DNA of 64,000 nt, taken from the NCBI GenBank assembly GCA_012840355.1, contig DULN01000002.1, positions 19,037 through 83,036 of the forward strand, in the 5' to 3' direction. Positions 38,551 through 49,118 of the stretch are shown here, one piece after another; position 1 is the stretch's first letter; each line of letters opens with the position of its first letter. This DNA comes from Clostridiales bacterium. GTDB taxonomy: Bacteria > Bacillota > Clostridia > Oscillospirales > CAG-272. The notes beneath the pieces are model-generated. The model had not been told where the DNA came from. It saw nothing but the letters and a program-made list of their open reading frames with translations, and did no database searches. The translations under genes and the position numbers were made by a program.

Positions 38551-39135
38551 TTGATAGGATTTGCAATTTGCGGCTCGTTTTGCACATTCGACAAGGCATT
38601 CGACGCGATGCGCAAGCTTGTAGCCGAAGGGTGGGAGATTGTTCCAATTATGAGCGTCGCCGCCGCGACTACCGATACCCGATTCGGGCGAGCAGCCGAC
38701 CATGTTAGAACGGTAACCGAAATCTGCGGGCGGTCGCCGGTGCTCGACATTGTCGGCGCCGAGCCGTTCGGTCCGAAAACGCGGCTCGAGGCTGTTATAA
38801 TAGCGCCATGCACCGGTAACACGCTAGGCAAGCTCGCCGCTGGCATAACCGACGGCCCGGTCACGATGACGGCGAAAGCCCACCTGCGCTCCGACGGCCC
38901 GCTTGTGATAGCAGTCTCTACAAACGACGCGCTGTCGGCAAACCTCACAAGCATTGCAAGGCTGCTTGAGCGCAAGAACATCTACTTTGTGCCGTTCGGG
39001 CAGGATGACCCGTTCGGCAAGCCTCACTCGCTTGTCGCGGATTTCACGCTTGTGCCCGAAACGCTGAAATACGCGCTACAAGGCAAGCAAATCCAGCCGC
39101 TACTTATAAAACACGAATCGCCGAAATCGGCGTGA
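38551..39135 (+). CDS. dpaB: dipicolinate synthase subunit B
   Basis: 194 aa. TTG start. Flavoprotein-fold DpaB/SpoVFB-like sequence (GFAICGSFCTF, APCTGNTLGKLA). Confidence 0.88.
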   Translation: MIGFAICGSFCTFDKAFDAMRKLVAEGWEIVPIMSVAAATTDTRFGRAADHVRTVTEICGRSPVLDIVGAEPFGPKTRLEAVIIAPCTGNTLGKLAAGITDGPVTMTAKAHLRSDGPLVIAVSTNDALSANLTSIARLLERKNIYFVPFGQDDPFGKPHSLVADFTLVPETLKYALQGKQIQPLLIKHESPKSA

Positions 39136-39145
39136 ACATAAATAT

Positions 39146-39181
39146 AGCCCGAAAGCTTTTTGCTTTCGGGCTTCTTTTTTA
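39146..39181. terminator. bidirectional terminator (dpaB / DUF4358 gene)
   Basis: Perfect 11-bp stem AGCCCGAAAGC (39146-39156) / GCTTTCGGGCT (39162-39172) followed by a T-run. Confidence 0.85.
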
Positions 39182-39673
39182 ACCTTTTGTATATTGGTCA
39201 AAAACCGCTTTTGCGGCGTTGGTGTCGTTTGAAACGCAGTAGATAACATATTTACCAAGCTTGACAAACAGCGGGTCGTCGAGCAGAGGCCGGTACTCGG
39301 CGTTGTAGTTGTCAAATGTTTTGCGCTGGTCCGCCAGGCGTGTTTTTATTTTATCGTACCCGGCACTTGCGCTCTCTTCGTTTTCATACTCGGCGACGAT
39401 AATCTCTTCTGGAGTCGCGGCGCTTCCGGCATAGACGACCGCTTTGACCGGGCTGCCGAGGTTATAAGCATAAGGCACCGCCGCGTCGTCGAGCCGCTCA
39501 AGCTGGTCGACAAACTTTCCGTTTTCATAAAGGTCGCGCGCGAGCTGCTCAATGTCAAGCTCGAGATTCGCGTTCGGGTCGGCTTTCTCACAGGCAAAAA
39601 GCGCAAGGAGTAAAACTGTAAAAATTAGCGCAAGCGTTTTGGTAGCAGGTATTTTCATGTGTCCCAACCTCAA
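39179..39673 (-). CDS. lipoprotein (DUF4358-like)
   Basis: 164 aa with a signal peptide and lipobox (LLLALFAC). I made the family call from memory of similar Clostridial lipoproteins. Confidence 0.65.
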   Translation of the reverse strand: MRLGHMKIPATKTLALIFTVLLLALFACEKADPNANLELDIEQLARDLYENGKFVDQLERLDDAAVPYAYNLGSPVKAVVYAGSAATPEEIIVAEYENEESASAGYDKIKTRLADQRKTFDNYNAEYRPLLDDPLFVKLGKYVIYCVSNDTNAAKAVFDQYTKG

Positions 39674-40635
39674 TCAGCAGTATTTGACGATGTTTTGGCT
39701 GCGTTTGCGCCGACCGTATGCGCGCGCAAATAATCCATTTGCATCTTTATGCCTTCCTTGCCGAGATGGATGCCGTCGGAGCTGAGCGATGGGTCAAGCG
39801 CGCCGTCTTCGCCGGCGAAAATCTCATAAACATTAACGTAATAAACTCCTTTTTTCTTGGCAAGGTCGAGCAGCAGCGCGTTGTTACGCACAATCGCCTC
39901 ATTGGTCACGCCGTATTTGCTTTTTGCGGCTGCTTCTTTTGTGACCGGGATTATCGACTGAATATAAATGGTCGCGTTTGGCAGCCGCTGCATGACCTGG
40001 TCGAGGAAATACTCGTATGCGTTTATAAATGATGTGGGGTTATACCCAAGTTCGTTTACTCCGAAACAAATATAGACTTTGCTGAAAACCGGGTACTTTT
40101 CAAGTGCCTCGAGTACGGTTAAAAGATTGTCCCCGCCTTCAGGCGGTACAAGGAACCTGGTATGCAGCACGCTGAAAATGTTAAGCGAAACTTTCGCATA
40201 AAAGTGGCTTTTTACGCCGCTGTAGGTCATCATGCCCACCGTGCGCGAGTCGCCGATAAACACCGCGTCCGCAAAATAGTCGTCGCCGACCGGCTCAGAC
40301 TCCGGCACGATTGTCGGAGGCGGTCCCTTTGCCTCTTCTGTGGGCGGCGTGGATGTTCGGGGCGGCAGGTATTGCGATAATTCGCCTTCGTCGGGCAAAA
40401 TATACCCGCCGTTTTTAGGTAAAAGAAAGTCAGGTATCTCTACAGGTGCGACGGGCTCATCTGCAGCAGAGGAGGCAAGCGTGGAGGCGGCAGACGACTG
40501 GTATGCAAGGCCTTTTTGAGCCTTTTGTTCGTCGCTTTTCGAGGCGAAAACCGTTATCGAAAGCGAAAATAGCAGCGCGGTCAATGCCAAAAAATAGACC
40601 GTTCTGCCGATTTTTTTGTTGGGAGAGCTGTTCAT
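39670..40635 (-). CDS. secreted/membrane-anchored SGNH (GDSL-like) hydrolase
   Basis: 321 aa with an N-terminal TM/signal, then SGNH blocks (VFIGDSRT, FGVNELG, SSDGIHL). 4-nt overlap with the downstream lipoprotein gene. Confidence 0.75.
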   Translation of the reverse strand: MNSSPNKKIGRTVYFLALTALLFSLSITVFASKSDEQKAQKGLAYQSSAASTLASSAADEPVAPVEIPDFLLPKNGGYILPDEGELSQYLPPRTSTPPTEEAKGPPPTIVPESEPVGDDYFADAVFIGDSRTVGMMTYSGVKSHFYAKVSLNIFSVLHTRFLVPPEGGDNLLTVLEALEKYPVFSKVYICFGVNELGYNPTSFINAYEYFLDQVMQRLPNATIYIQSIIPVTKEAAAKSKYGVTNEAIVRNNALLLDLAKKKGVYYVNVYEIFAGEDGALDPSLSSDGIHLGKEGIKMQMDYLRAHTVGANAAKTSSNTAD

Positions 40636-40858
40636 GGCTTTTATCTATATAAACCGAAAAATCGGAGGGGCTCAACTTTCTGCTTACTAATATTATACCA
40701 CGCGCAAATGCTCAAATCAATCAGAAAGCGGATAGTATTGGCAAAATGAAGGCGAAAATTTTCTGGTTTACTTGTACGTTTTGACGTTATAAAGCAAAAA
40801 TATGGGCAAAAGGAAATAAAAAATAAAACGCTTGGAGTACTGCTGGGTAAACCTGTGA

Positions 40859-41554
40859 CTATTTTTCAGTTTTTAACTCCGCTAGCCTGCAAAGCAAATC
40901 GCGTGGAACGCGCCTGCTCTCGCGCGCTTTTTGCAGTGCTTTTTTATGCACCCAAGGGTTTTTAATTTTCCCGTGCTCGAAATAAGGTATAAAATCTGCC
41001 GGCCTTCTCGCAAGCCCTTCGGCGAAATACCATGCGAGCGCCATGTTTATATAATACTCGGAGCTAACAAGCCTAGCGCAGAGGTCGCTCTGCTCGGGAA
41101 GGTAATTTTCGCCGAGATAATAGCAGAGGAGCGTTACGGCCGCAAACCGCACGGTAAACGTGTGGCTGCTACAAAACCACTTTTTTACCTGTGTGAAGAC
41201 AAGCTCAGGATGCTTTGCAAAAAGCGGCGAAGGCAGCATGTCGCAGGTCGCCCAGTTGTCGACATAAGGCAAAAGCGCCTCAACGCTCGCAAGCAGCCTT
41301 TCTATATCGCCTTCATGTTTTAGTAGCATCGCGTGCAGGTTATTTTCGTCAAAATAGCGGTGCGGGAGCGAGCGAAGATATTCCAGAGCTTCTGGTGTGC
41401 CGGCAGCCGATTTTGCAAGCTTGCGCAGCGCGGGAAGCCTCACGCCAATTATACGCTCGCGCTCGACGGTGGGAACAAGTTTTGCCATAAAGTCGGCGTA
41501 TTTTGCGTCGGCAAGCTCAAAAAGCCTGCGGGTTAAAAGAAGCTCGTGCTGCAA
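40859..41554 (-). CDS. DNA alkylation repair protein (AlkD-like HEAT-repeat)
   Basis: 231 aa all-helical repeat protein resembling the DNA_alkylation family. Confidence 0.7.
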   Translation of the reverse strand: MQHELLLTRRLFELADAKYADFMAKLVPTVERERIIGVRLPALRKLAKSAAGTPEALEYLRSLPHRYFDENNLHAMLLKHEGDIERLLASVEALLPYVDNWATCDMLPSPLFAKHPELVFTQVKKWFCSSHTFTVRFAAVTLLCYYLGENYLPEQSDLCARLVSSEYYINMALAWYFAEGLARRPADFIPYFEHGKIKNPWVHKKALQKARESRRVPRDLLCRLAELKTEK

Positions 41555-41638
41555 CTTTACACCTCAGCCTAAAGCATAAATTATAAGACGCGCAAAAACT
41601 AAAAAATGTTCCATAAAATTCCGCGCGGCAACGGTTAA

Positions 41639-42220
41639 TTAGCCGTAGTTTGGGTATTTTCCAAGCCCGACCAACACCACCGACAGCGTGCAGACCGGCA
41701 ATCCCACGACGGCGTAAAAATCACCGTCCACGCGCTCGACGAATACTGCGCCTCGCTCCTGCACCCCAACCGCGCCCGCTTTGTCGAGCGGCTCACCTGA
41801 GGCGATATAAAGGTCAAGCTCTTTTTCACCGATTTTGCGGAATGTAACATGCGCGGTGCTTGTCCCCGAGTAGGCGATATTTTTTCCGTTTAAAACGCAC
41901 AGCCCGGTGTGGACAGCGTGCCGCGAGCCTGAAAGCTCAGAAAGCATCCGCCGCGCGTCCGCTTCGTCCCTAGGCTTGCCTAGGATATTCCCGCATACCT
42001 CGACGACGGTGTCGGCGGCGATTATAATATGCCCGTCGCCGCAAATCCCGAGCGCGGCAAACGCCTTAGCCTCAGCAAGCTTTTTTACAAGCTCAGCCGG
42101 CGTGGGCGCTGTGATAGTGCTTTCGTCTATATGCGAGTCGACCGTATCGAAGTCATAGCCCATCTGCGCAAGCAGCTCCGCGCGCCTGGGCGACTTTGAA
42201 GCCAAAACTATCTCTTTCAA
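41639..42220 (-). CDS. maf: Maf-like nucleoside triphosphate pyrophosphatase
   Basis: Maf motif IVLASKSPRRAELL. The upstream part of the ORF-track ORF (to 42454) overlaps the DUF4321 gene. I took the start at TTG, overlapping the upstream stop (TTGA). Confidence 0.85.
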   Translation of the reverse strand: MKEIVLASKSPRRAELLAQMGYDFDTVDSHIDESTITAPTPAELVKKLAEAKAFAALGICGDGHIIIAADTVVEVCGNILGKPRDEADARRMLSELSGSRHAVHTGLCVLNGKNIAYSGTSTAHVTFRKIGEKELDLYIASGEPLDKAGAVGVQERGAVFVERVDGDFYAVVGLPVCTLSVVLVGLGKYPNYG

Positions 42221-42468
42221 AAGCGAATTTTCACTCCTACCAAGATAGCAAATGCCACAAAAATTATAACGCCAACAGTAAGGCTTACCGACAGCCCAAT
42301 CGTCAGCGTGATTGCGCCGAGATCGAGCGAAAATGGCGGGTTTAACCCGAAATCGAGCCCGTATGAAAGCCAGGACAGCCAGCTTATGCCTGAAGTTAGC
42401 TCGGATACGAGCGAGCCGAGCACAATGCCCGAGCATACGAGGAAAACAAGCCAAAGCGTTTGTTTCAT
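42217..42468 (-). CDS. small membrane protein (DUF4321-like)
   Basis: 83 aa with two TM helices. It occupies the typical position upstream of maf in Clostridia. Confidence 0.7.
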   Translation of the reverse strand: MKQTLWLVFLVCSGIVLGSLVSELTSGISWLSWLSYGLDFGLNPPFSLDLGAITLTIGLSVSLTVGVIIFVAFAILVGVKIRF

Positions 42469-42486
42469 AGCGCTTGCCCCATTCGG

Positions 42487-43671
42487 CTATTTGTCAAGCC
42501 CGGTCGAAATAGAGCCGTAAGCCTGCTCGTCGAAATCGAGCATTGTCGAGAGTATGTAGTTGCTTACGTACATTCCCTTGAGCGTTAGGCAATACCGGGT
42601 CCCGCGCTTTTGCATAAATCCGTTTTCAATATATACTTTTAGGAATTTGCCATACAGCCGCTCGAACGATATGCCGAACCTGCGCTCAAACTCGACCGTA
42701 TCGATGCCGTCGGCGAGCCGCAGCTGCAGCATGACGTACTCGCCGAGCCGCTCCGTGGGCGGAATCTCGTAGTTTTCATCTATTATTTCGACGTCGCTGC
42801 CGCAGTTTTCAAGCGCGTCGATGTAACTTTCGATGTCGCGCTTGAATGAGAATCGCCGCCCGCCGAAATACGAATGCGCGCTTGGGCCAAGACCGAGGTA
42901 TTCCTCGCAGTTCCAGTAGCGAAGATTGTGCAGGCACTCTTTGCCGGGCTTTGCGAAGTTTGATATTTCATAGTGCCTGTACCCATGGCTTTCAAGGAAG
43001 CGCACAGCCTGCTCGTACATCCGGTACTCGGTGTCCTCGTCGGGCAGAGCGAGCCTGTCCGCGCTTTCGGCAAACGGCGTGTTCGGCTCGATTTTTAGCC
43101 CGTATAGCGAGATATGCTCCGGTTCAAGCTCGACAATGCTTTGCAGCGACATCGCAAGGCTGCGCTCGGTTTGCTCGGGGATGCTGTACATAAGGTCGAT
43201 GTTGATGTTGTCAAACTTCGCCTTGCGCGCGGCTTCGTATGTTTCAACCGCCTCTTCGAAGGTGTGTATGCGGGTAAGGTTGCGCAGCTCGTTGTCACAG
43301 GCGCTTTGCACGCCTATCGACAGCCTGTTGACGCCTGCCTTGTAAAGCGCCGAAAGCAGCGAGCGGTCGGCGGTAGCGGGGTTGCATTCGATTGTAAATT
43401 CTGCGGTCTCAAGCACGTTAAAGTTGCTGTAGATGCCGTCGATAATGTCAAGAATCATCTTTTTGGGCATGGAGGTCGGGGTGCCGCCGCCCATGTAAAG
43501 CGTGTCGACATAGTAGTTTTTCGCGGCGCCGGAATAGTCCTCCATATGCAAAATCAGCGCGTCGGCATACCTTTGCATCTGGCTGTCGTCGGTAATCGAG
43601 TAAAAATCGCAATACGCGCATTTGCTAATGCAGAAAGGTATGTGCAAGTACAGTCCGAGTGTTTTGTTCAT
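42487..43671 (-). CDS. hemW: radical SAM heme chaperone HemW (HemN-like)
   Basis: Radical-SAM cluster motif HIPFCISKCAYCDF plus a HemN C-terminal domain. I trimmed the start to MNKTLGLY (ORF-track start 43701). Confidence 0.88.
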   Translation of the reverse strand: MNKTLGLYLHIPFCISKCAYCDFYSITDDSQMQRYADALILHMEDYSGAAKNYYVDTLYMGGGTPTSMPKKMILDIIDGIYSNFNVLETAEFTIECNPATADRSLLSALYKAGVNRLSIGVQSACDNELRNLTRIHTFEEAVETYEAARKAKFDNINIDLMYSIPEQTERSLAMSLQSIVELEPEHISLYGLKIEPNTPFAESADRLALPDEDTEYRMYEQAVRFLESHGYRHYEISNFAKPGKECLHNLRYWNCEEYLGLGPSAHSYFGGRRFSFKRDIESYIDALENCGSDVEIIDENYEIPPTERLGEYVMLQLRLADGIDTVEFERRFGISFERLYGKFLKVYIENGFMQKRGTRYCLTLKGMYVSNYILSTMLDFDEQAYGSISTGLDK

Positions 43672-43719
43672 AGCCGCATTTCCTCTATATAAGCATCTCA
43701 AATAAGGCTTGTCCCCGTA

Positions 43720-44439
43720 TTAGTCGCTGCGTTCTGCCTGCGGCGGCCGCAGGTAAATCGGCGCAAGCGTCGCCGCGTCGCGCACATACTCGCGCGTGCC
43801 ATAAAAGTCGCGGTATGCGCAGACCGCGACCGATACCCCGCATTCGGGCAAAAGCTCGCCCGGCGCAGGTGATACGTTTGGCAGGTGCGAAAAAGCGGCC
43901 GCAGCAAGCGCAGTTCCACCTCCGCAGAGGATCACGCGCCGGCCCAAGTATTTTTGGGCAAGCTCGGCGGCAAGTTCCTCGGCTGAAATCGCGCGGTCAG
44001 GACAAAGGCGGGTTATTTCGCCGGAAGATACCTCAAACATAGCGTTGTAAAACCGCTCGCGCCGCGCGTCCATTACGGGGCATGCGACGAAAGGCTCGCC
44101 GCCAAGCCCGCGCAGGTTATACGCCAAAGCGTGCAGCGCCGATACACCCGAGCAGGGCACAGGTGCGCCGTCTTTGCCGGAGCGACCGAACGCAAAGCCT
44201 TTGATAAGCGAGACGCCGATCCGGACGCCGGTAAAAGAGCCCGGCCCTGCAGAGCAGGCGTAAAGCTCTATATCGGAAAAGGTGAGACCAGTCTCCTCGA
44301 GCAGTTCGAGCACAAGCGGCAGCATCGTCTCGCTGTGCGTGCGGGTGCCGGAGATTTGCCTTGCGGCAAGCGGCAGCTCACCGCACGTTATCGCTGCGGT
44401 AGCCGTAAGTTCGGTAGTATCAATCGCTAATATTACCAT
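43720..44439 (-). CDS. tsaB: tRNA t6A37 biosynthesis protein TsaB
   Basis: 239 aa with a TsaB/YeaZ-like N-terminus (ILAIDTT...) and GPGSFTGVRIG. Confidence 0.88.
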   Translation of the reverse strand: MVILAIDTTELTATAAITCGELPLAARQISGTRTHSETMLPLVLELLEETGLTFSDIELYACSAGPGSFTGVRIGVSLIKGFAFGRSGKDGAPVPCSGVSALHALAYNLRGLGGEPFVACPVMDARRERFYNAMFEVSSGEITRLCPDRAISAEELAAELAQKYLGRRVILCGGGTALAAAAFSHLPNVSPAPGELLPECGVSVAVCAYRDFYGTREYVRDAATLAPIYLRPPQAERSD

Positions 44440-44442
44440 ATA

Positions 44443-44922
44443 CTAATGCTGTGTGGGAAAAACGTAGTATCCAATCGCGAAAACCTCAATCTCCCGCGGC
44501 GAGCCGCCTGAGCCGGCGATTTTAACGTCGATCCGGCGGCGGGGAAGCGCGAAAGGTATGCGCTCGCACCATTCCGCGGCGATGACAACCCCCGGCGTAA
44601 AATAATCGTCGAAACCAATCGAGTAAAGCTCGTCCTCACTCTCGATGCGGTAAAAATCAAAATGCACAAGAGACGCTCTCAGCCCGCGGTACTCGTTGAC
44701 AATGGCGTATGTGGGGCTTGACACATGCGCGCCGGGCGCAATCACCGAGGCAAGGCCGCGCACAAATGCGGTTTTGCCGGCGCCAAGGTCGCCGTATAGC
44801 GCGACGAATATAAAACTCTCGCCGTATTCAGGCAAACTCTCTATTTTTTCGGCAAGTAGGCGGCCTTGCGCCTCGGTTTCTTCGGGACTTTTGGAGGTTG
44901 CGCGTAAAAAGAGCTTTTCCAT
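44443..44922 (-). CDS. tsaE: tRNA t6A37 biosynthesis ATPase TsaE
   Basis: 159 aa with the P-loop GDLGAGKTAFVRG and SPTYAIVNEY. Confidence 0.9.
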   Translation of the reverse strand: MEKLFLRATSKSPEETEAQGRLLAEKIESLPEYGESFIFVALYGDLGAGKTAFVRGLASVIAPGAHVSSPTYAIVNEYRGLRASLVHFDFYRIESEDELYSIGFDDYFTPGVVIAAEWCERIPFALPRRRIDVKIAGSGGSPREIEVFAIGYYVFPTQH

Positions 44923-44925
44923 ATG

Positions 44926-46599
44926 TTAGAACAGTCCGGTTATGTTTCCGTCGTCATCAACATCTATATTATAAGCCGCTGGGGATTTGGGTAATCCGGG
45001 CATCGTGAGTATGGAGCCGGTGTAAACGACTATAAAGCCCGCGCCGGCAGACAGCCGCACGTCTCGGACATGCAGCTTAAACCCGTGAGGCCGGCCGAGA
45101 AGCGCAGGATCGTCGGAAAGCGAGTACTGCGTTTTCGCCATGCAGATGGGAAGCTTGGCGTAGCGTTCGCCGAGCGCTTCGATTGCCGCTATCGAAGCTT
45201 TCGCCGCAGGCTCGTACTCGACGCCGTCCGCCCCGTAAATTTGGGTCGCAAGCGTTTTAATCTTTTCGGTAAGCTGCAAGTCAAGCTCGTAAAGTGGCTT
45301 GAAATTTGAAGGTTTCTCGCAAGCTCGCAGCACCGCGCGGGCTAGCTCAAGCCCGCCTTCGCCCCCGCGGGAGTATACTTCGGAAATGGCGGCTTCTGCG
45401 CCTTTCGCAGCGCAAACCCGCCGGACAAAATCCAGCTCGGCTTCGGTATCACTGTCGAACCGGTTTATTGCGACGACTACCGGCAGGCCGAATTTTTGCA
45501 GGTTTTCTATATGCGCCTCGAGATTGCAAATACCACGCGTGAGCGCGTCGAGGTTTTCATTTTTCAGCTCTTCTTTAGGCTGCCCGCCGTTGTATTTAAG
45601 CGCGCGCACCGTGGCGACGAGCACCGCGGCCGATGGGGCAAGGCCCGCGGCGCGGCATTTTATATCGAAAAATTTCTCTGCGCCAAGGTCGGCGCCGAAC
45701 CCCGCCTCAGTGACGACATACTCGCCGAGCTTGAGCGCGGTTTTGGTGGCGCGGATTGAGTTGCAGCCGTGGGCAATATTGGCAAATGGGCCGCCGTGGA
45801 TAAGGGCGGGAGTGTTTTCGGTAGTCTGGACAAGGTTTGGCTTTAGAGCGTCGCGCAGCAGCGCCGCCATCGCACCGACCGCGCCGAGCTGGCGGGCGAG
45901 AATGGGACCTCCGTCTTTGTCATATGCGACGAGCATTTCGCCAAGCCTGCGCTTGAGGTCTGAAATGGATGTCGCAAGGCACAAAATTGCCATAACTTCG
46001 CTTGCGACAGTAATCGAAAAATGATCCTCGCGCGGCACTCCATCGGTCTTGCCGCCGAGGCCTATGACAATGTTCCGCAACGCGCGGTCGTTGGTATCGG
46101 TAACGCGCTGGAATAAAATCCGGCGCGGGTCTATGCCAAGTTCGTTGCCTTGGTGTATATGGTTGTCTATAAGCGCGCAAAGAAGGTTGTTTGCGGCGGT
46201 GACGGCATGAAGGTCGCCGGTAAAGTGCAGATTAATGTCCTCCATCGGGAGTACCTGCGAATATCCACCGCCCGCAGCCCCGCCTTTGACGCCGAATACC
46301 GGTCCGAGCGAAGGCTCGCGAAGCGCGACTATCGCGCGTTTGCCAAGCTTAGAGAGCGCCTGGCCTAGACCAACTGTGGTTGTGGTTTTGCCTTCGCCGG
46401 CAGGCGTGGGGCTAATCGCGGTAACAAGTATAAGTTTCCCGTCGGGCAGGTTTTCGATGCGCCGCAGGAAAGACTCGGTAAATTTTGCTTTATAAGGCCC
46501 GTAAAGCTCAAGGTCTTCGGGCGAGACGCCCAGTTTCCCCGCTACCTCGGTGATAGGTAAAAGGCGTGTCTCGTGTGCAATTTCAATGTCCGATTTCAT
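44926..46599 (-). CDS. fhs: formate--tetrahydrofolate ligase
   Basis: 557 aa with an FTHFS sequence ([21 protein letters not shown]). Confidence 0.96.
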   Translation of the reverse strand: MKSDIEIAHETRLLPITEVAGKLGVSPEDLELYGPYKAKFTESFLRRIENLPDGKLILVTAISPTPAGEGKTTTTVGLGQALSKLGKRAIVALREPSLGPVFGVKGGAAGGGYSQVLPMEDINLHFTGDLHAVTAANNLLCALIDNHIHQGNELGIDPRRILFQRVTDTNDRALRNIVIGLGGKTDGVPREDHFSITVASEVMAILCLATSISDLKRRLGEMLVAYDKDGGPILARQLGAVGAMAALLRDALKPNLVQTTENTPALIHGGPFANIAHGCNSIRATKTALKLGEYVVTEAGFGADLGAEKFFDIKCRAAGLAPSAAVLVATVRALKYNGGQPKEELKNENLDALTRGICNLEAHIENLQKFGLPVVVAINRFDSDTEAELDFVRRVCAAKGAEAAISEVYSRGGEGGLELARAVLRACEKPSNFKPLYELDLQLTEKIKTLATQIYGADGVEYEPAAKASIAAIEALGERYAKLPICMAKTQYSLSDDPALLGRPHGFKLHVRDVRLSAGAGFIVVYTGSILTMPGLPKSPAAYNIDVDDDGNITGLF

Positions 46600-46672
46600 T
46601 TATTTGGCGTCCTTGTCTTTAAGCTAAAATTCTAAAATAAAATAAAAATATTGGGCCACAAGAAATTTCTGT

Positions 46673-47464
46673 TTAATCGGTATATATGCCGTCAGCCCGG
46701 CATTTTTCCCAGTTTACATGGAGCACTTTAATGCTGCGCGAAAAGCCGTATGGCCGCTCTTGGGTCTGGTTTATATAGCCATTCGCAATAAGCCTTTGCA
46801 ATGCGTCCGCGATCGCGCTTTGCGGAACATTATTGATGCGCGCCACGTTTTGCACCGTCGGCATAAAGCTCGGGTACGAGCGCCGTTTTCCGCTGTTGTT
46901 TTGCAGGTATTTCATGTTGCGCAAAATCATGCGGTAATACTCAAGGTAATTGTTGTCCTCGCGCGGGACTGTCACCGTAAAGCTCGCCGTGTTGCGGAGC
47001 TGGGTGGATAACGCGTCGCGCACCGCATAAATGCCGACCGTTTTGCCCATTTGGGTTATAAGGAAGTTAACAACCGAGTTAAAGTGCCCGTCGCCGGTGA
47101 AAAGAATAAACACGTCCACATCGTGGGCTGTCATCGCTTTTTGGTAGATGTGGTCGAGCATTATAAAATCAGTGAAATCTTTCTTGAAGCTCGACGATGT
47201 ATTTTGGGTTTCAATTATGTAATTTGTGACTTCTCGTATTCGCGATAGCTCGGGCCGGATCAGCGGATTTGAGAAATCCGCGAAAAATATAATTTCTTTA
47301 ATCTCGTATTTTGAGGCAAGCTCGTCGCGCCAGCTTTTAATGTCAGGTCGCATTTTGTAGAGCTTGTCAAGCGAAATAAACCAGTGCTCATAGTCGACAA
47401 ACGCGATGGCGCGTGGCTTTGAGGGCTTTTTATCTTTCTGCTTTCGCTTTAAAAAGCCAAACAC
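46673..47464 (-). CDS. NYN (LabA-like) domain protein with C-terminal winged-helix-like region
   Basis: 263 aa with NYN/LabA blocks (IAFVDYEHW, LFTGDGHF). GC content is lower than the flanks. Confidence 0.7.
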   Translation of the reverse strand: MFGFLKRKQKDKKPSKPRAIAFVDYEHWFISLDKLYKMRPDIKSWRDELASKYEIKEIIFFADFSNPLIRPELSRIREVTNYIIETQNTSSSFKKDFTDFIMLDHIYQKAMTAHDVDVFILFTGDGHFNSVVNFLITQMGKTVGIYAVRDALSTQLRNTASFTVTVPREDNNYLEYYRMILRNMKYLQNNSGKRRSYPSFMPTVQNVARINNVPQSAIADALQRLIANGYINQTQERPYGFSRSIKVLHVNWEKCRADGIYTD

Positions 47465-47638
47465 CGCTTCCCATTTCGCCTCCTTTCCATATTAGTATTC
47501 ATTATATTATACTACACCGCTATATTAATTGCAAGTTCTTTTAGTGGAGACTATTGACACCACGTTCAAAATCTCTTCAACAAAAAGTATCAAACAGGAC
47601 ACGATTTTGTATTTAAGTAATGCAAAAGTGAGACTATA

Positions 47639-47992
47639 ATGAAAAATTATCAATACAGTCAAAGCTTGGGATTTGATATGCAGGATATAATTCACGAGCT
47701 GCTTGAAATAGACGCCGACGCGCAAAAGCTGACTGCCGAAGCTCTTGCGAAGCGACGCGACGTGCGGCGCATTATAGACGAGGGCATAGCGGAGCTGAAA
47801 AAGAGGCTCCAAAAAGAGGCACAGGAGCAAGTAGAAAGCTACAGGCAGTCGAGAAGCGAGTCGGTCAAGCGGAGCATTGCCGCTGTGCGGGAAAAGTGCG
47901 CAAAAGCCGTTGTCGCGCTGCGCGCCGCATATGAAAAGCATGGAGATATGTGGGTAGAAGACATCTTCCGCGCCACTATAAGCAGGGAGTAG
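47639..47992 (+). CDS. V-type ATPase peripheral-stalk (G/H-like) coiled-coil subunit
   Basis: 117 aa charged helical protein, first in the V-ATPase operon. An alternative start at ATG 47678 (MQDIIHELL) is possible. Confidence 0.6.
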   Translation: MKNYQYSQSLGFDMQDIIHELLEIDADAQKLTAEALAKRRDVRRIIDEGIAELKKRLQKEAQEQVESYRQSRSESVKRSIAAVREKCAKAVVALRAAYEKHGDMWVEDIFRATISRE

Positions 47993-47998
47993 CAAGCC

Positions 47999-49036
47999 AT
48001 GTTTAACACCGCGTCTTACGCGATGCAGTCGAAGATCCGCGCGCGGTACGGGCGGATGCTCGGTGAGCGCGACTATACCGCGCTGACAGAATGCAGGAGC
48101 CTTTCCGATTTCGTGGCTTTTCTTAAAGGCAAGCCCGATTACGGGAAAGCGCTGGCAGAGCTTAGCGACACGCAGATCAGCCGCGGGCAGCTTGAGTTTT
48201 TGCTCCGCGAGAACCAGTTTAGGGACAACATAGAGCTATGTTTTTCGCTGGAGTCCATCGGACACAGCCTCGCGGACTTTTTCATCGGGCTTGAGGAATC
48301 AGGTTTCCTTCTCAACGTGCTGCGGGTACTGAAAAGCGGGGACAATCCGTTTTTAAACACGCCGACGCGCGCGTTTTATAGGTACACGCACATTGATTTC
48401 GATGCTCTGGCCGACGCACACGACTACAAATCGTTTCTTGAGGCGGTGAAGAAAACCCGATTTTACGAAGTCCTGCGGCCGTTTGAGCATCTATCGGACG
48501 GCGCGGTCGACATAACGACCGCCGAAGTGGCGATCTACCGCAAGCTATACGGCGACTTTTTCGGCGCGGAGAGAAGCTCAGAAGAGGTCCGCGAGCTTAT
48601 TTCTGCGGCTGTCGAAATCTCAAACATATCTATCTTGCTGCGCGCGAAAAAGTTTTACGGCGACACCGAGGACCCCTCGCGAATCATTCTGCCGTATTGG
48701 CACAAAATCGACAAAAACACCGCCGACGCGCTTGTCTCGGCAAGCTATAAGGATTTTTTGGGGATTCTGTCGGGCACCGTTTATGGCAAGCTTTTGTCGG
48801 ACGCCGAAGCTGAATATGACTTTCAGATCAACGCGCGGAGGATGCTCCACTCAAGGTATGTGCACGCGCTGCATTTTTCCCAGGACCCGGCGGCGCTGGT
48901 ATTCGCGTTTATACAGCTCCGCAGGATAGAACTGCAAAACCTCATAATCATTATAGAAGGAATCAGATACAATGTGAATATGCAGTCGGTAAGGCGGCTT
49001 TTGGTCTGCAATTTCGCGGACGATATAGCGACTTAA
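47999..49036 (+). CDS. ntpC: V-type ATP synthase subunit C (d)
   Basis: 345 aa all-helical protein. Size and position are typical of V/A-ATPase subunit C. Confidence 0.8.
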   Translation: MFNTASYAMQSKIRARYGRMLGERDYTALTECRSLSDFVAFLKGKPDYGKALAELSDTQISRGQLEFLLRENQFRDNIELCFSLESIGHSLADFFIGLEESGFLLNVLRVLKSGDNPFLNTPTRAFYRYTHIDFDALADAHDYKSFLEAVKKTRFYEVLRPFEHLSDGAVDITTAEVAIYRKLYGDFFGAERSSEEVRELISAAVEISNISILLRAKKFYGDTEDPSRIILPYWHKIDKNTADALVSASYKDFLGILSGTVYGKLLSDAEAEYDFQINARRMLHSRYVHALHFSQDPAALVFAFIQLRRIELQNLIIIIEGIRYNVNMQSVRRLLVCNFADDIAT

Positions 49037-49118
49037 GGCATAAAGATAAAACCGGCTGCTCTTGCCGTGACCCGGCGAAAGGATATGAGTACTATGAAGG
49101 GCAAAGGCTATATGCCCG

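Noticed and set aside
41639-42454. Using the full 271-aa ORF-track ORF as Maf
   Set aside because: The N-terminal 77 aa overlap the DUF4321 gene in another frame and do not resemble Maf. A TTG start overlapping the upstream stop gives a normal ~193-aa Maf.
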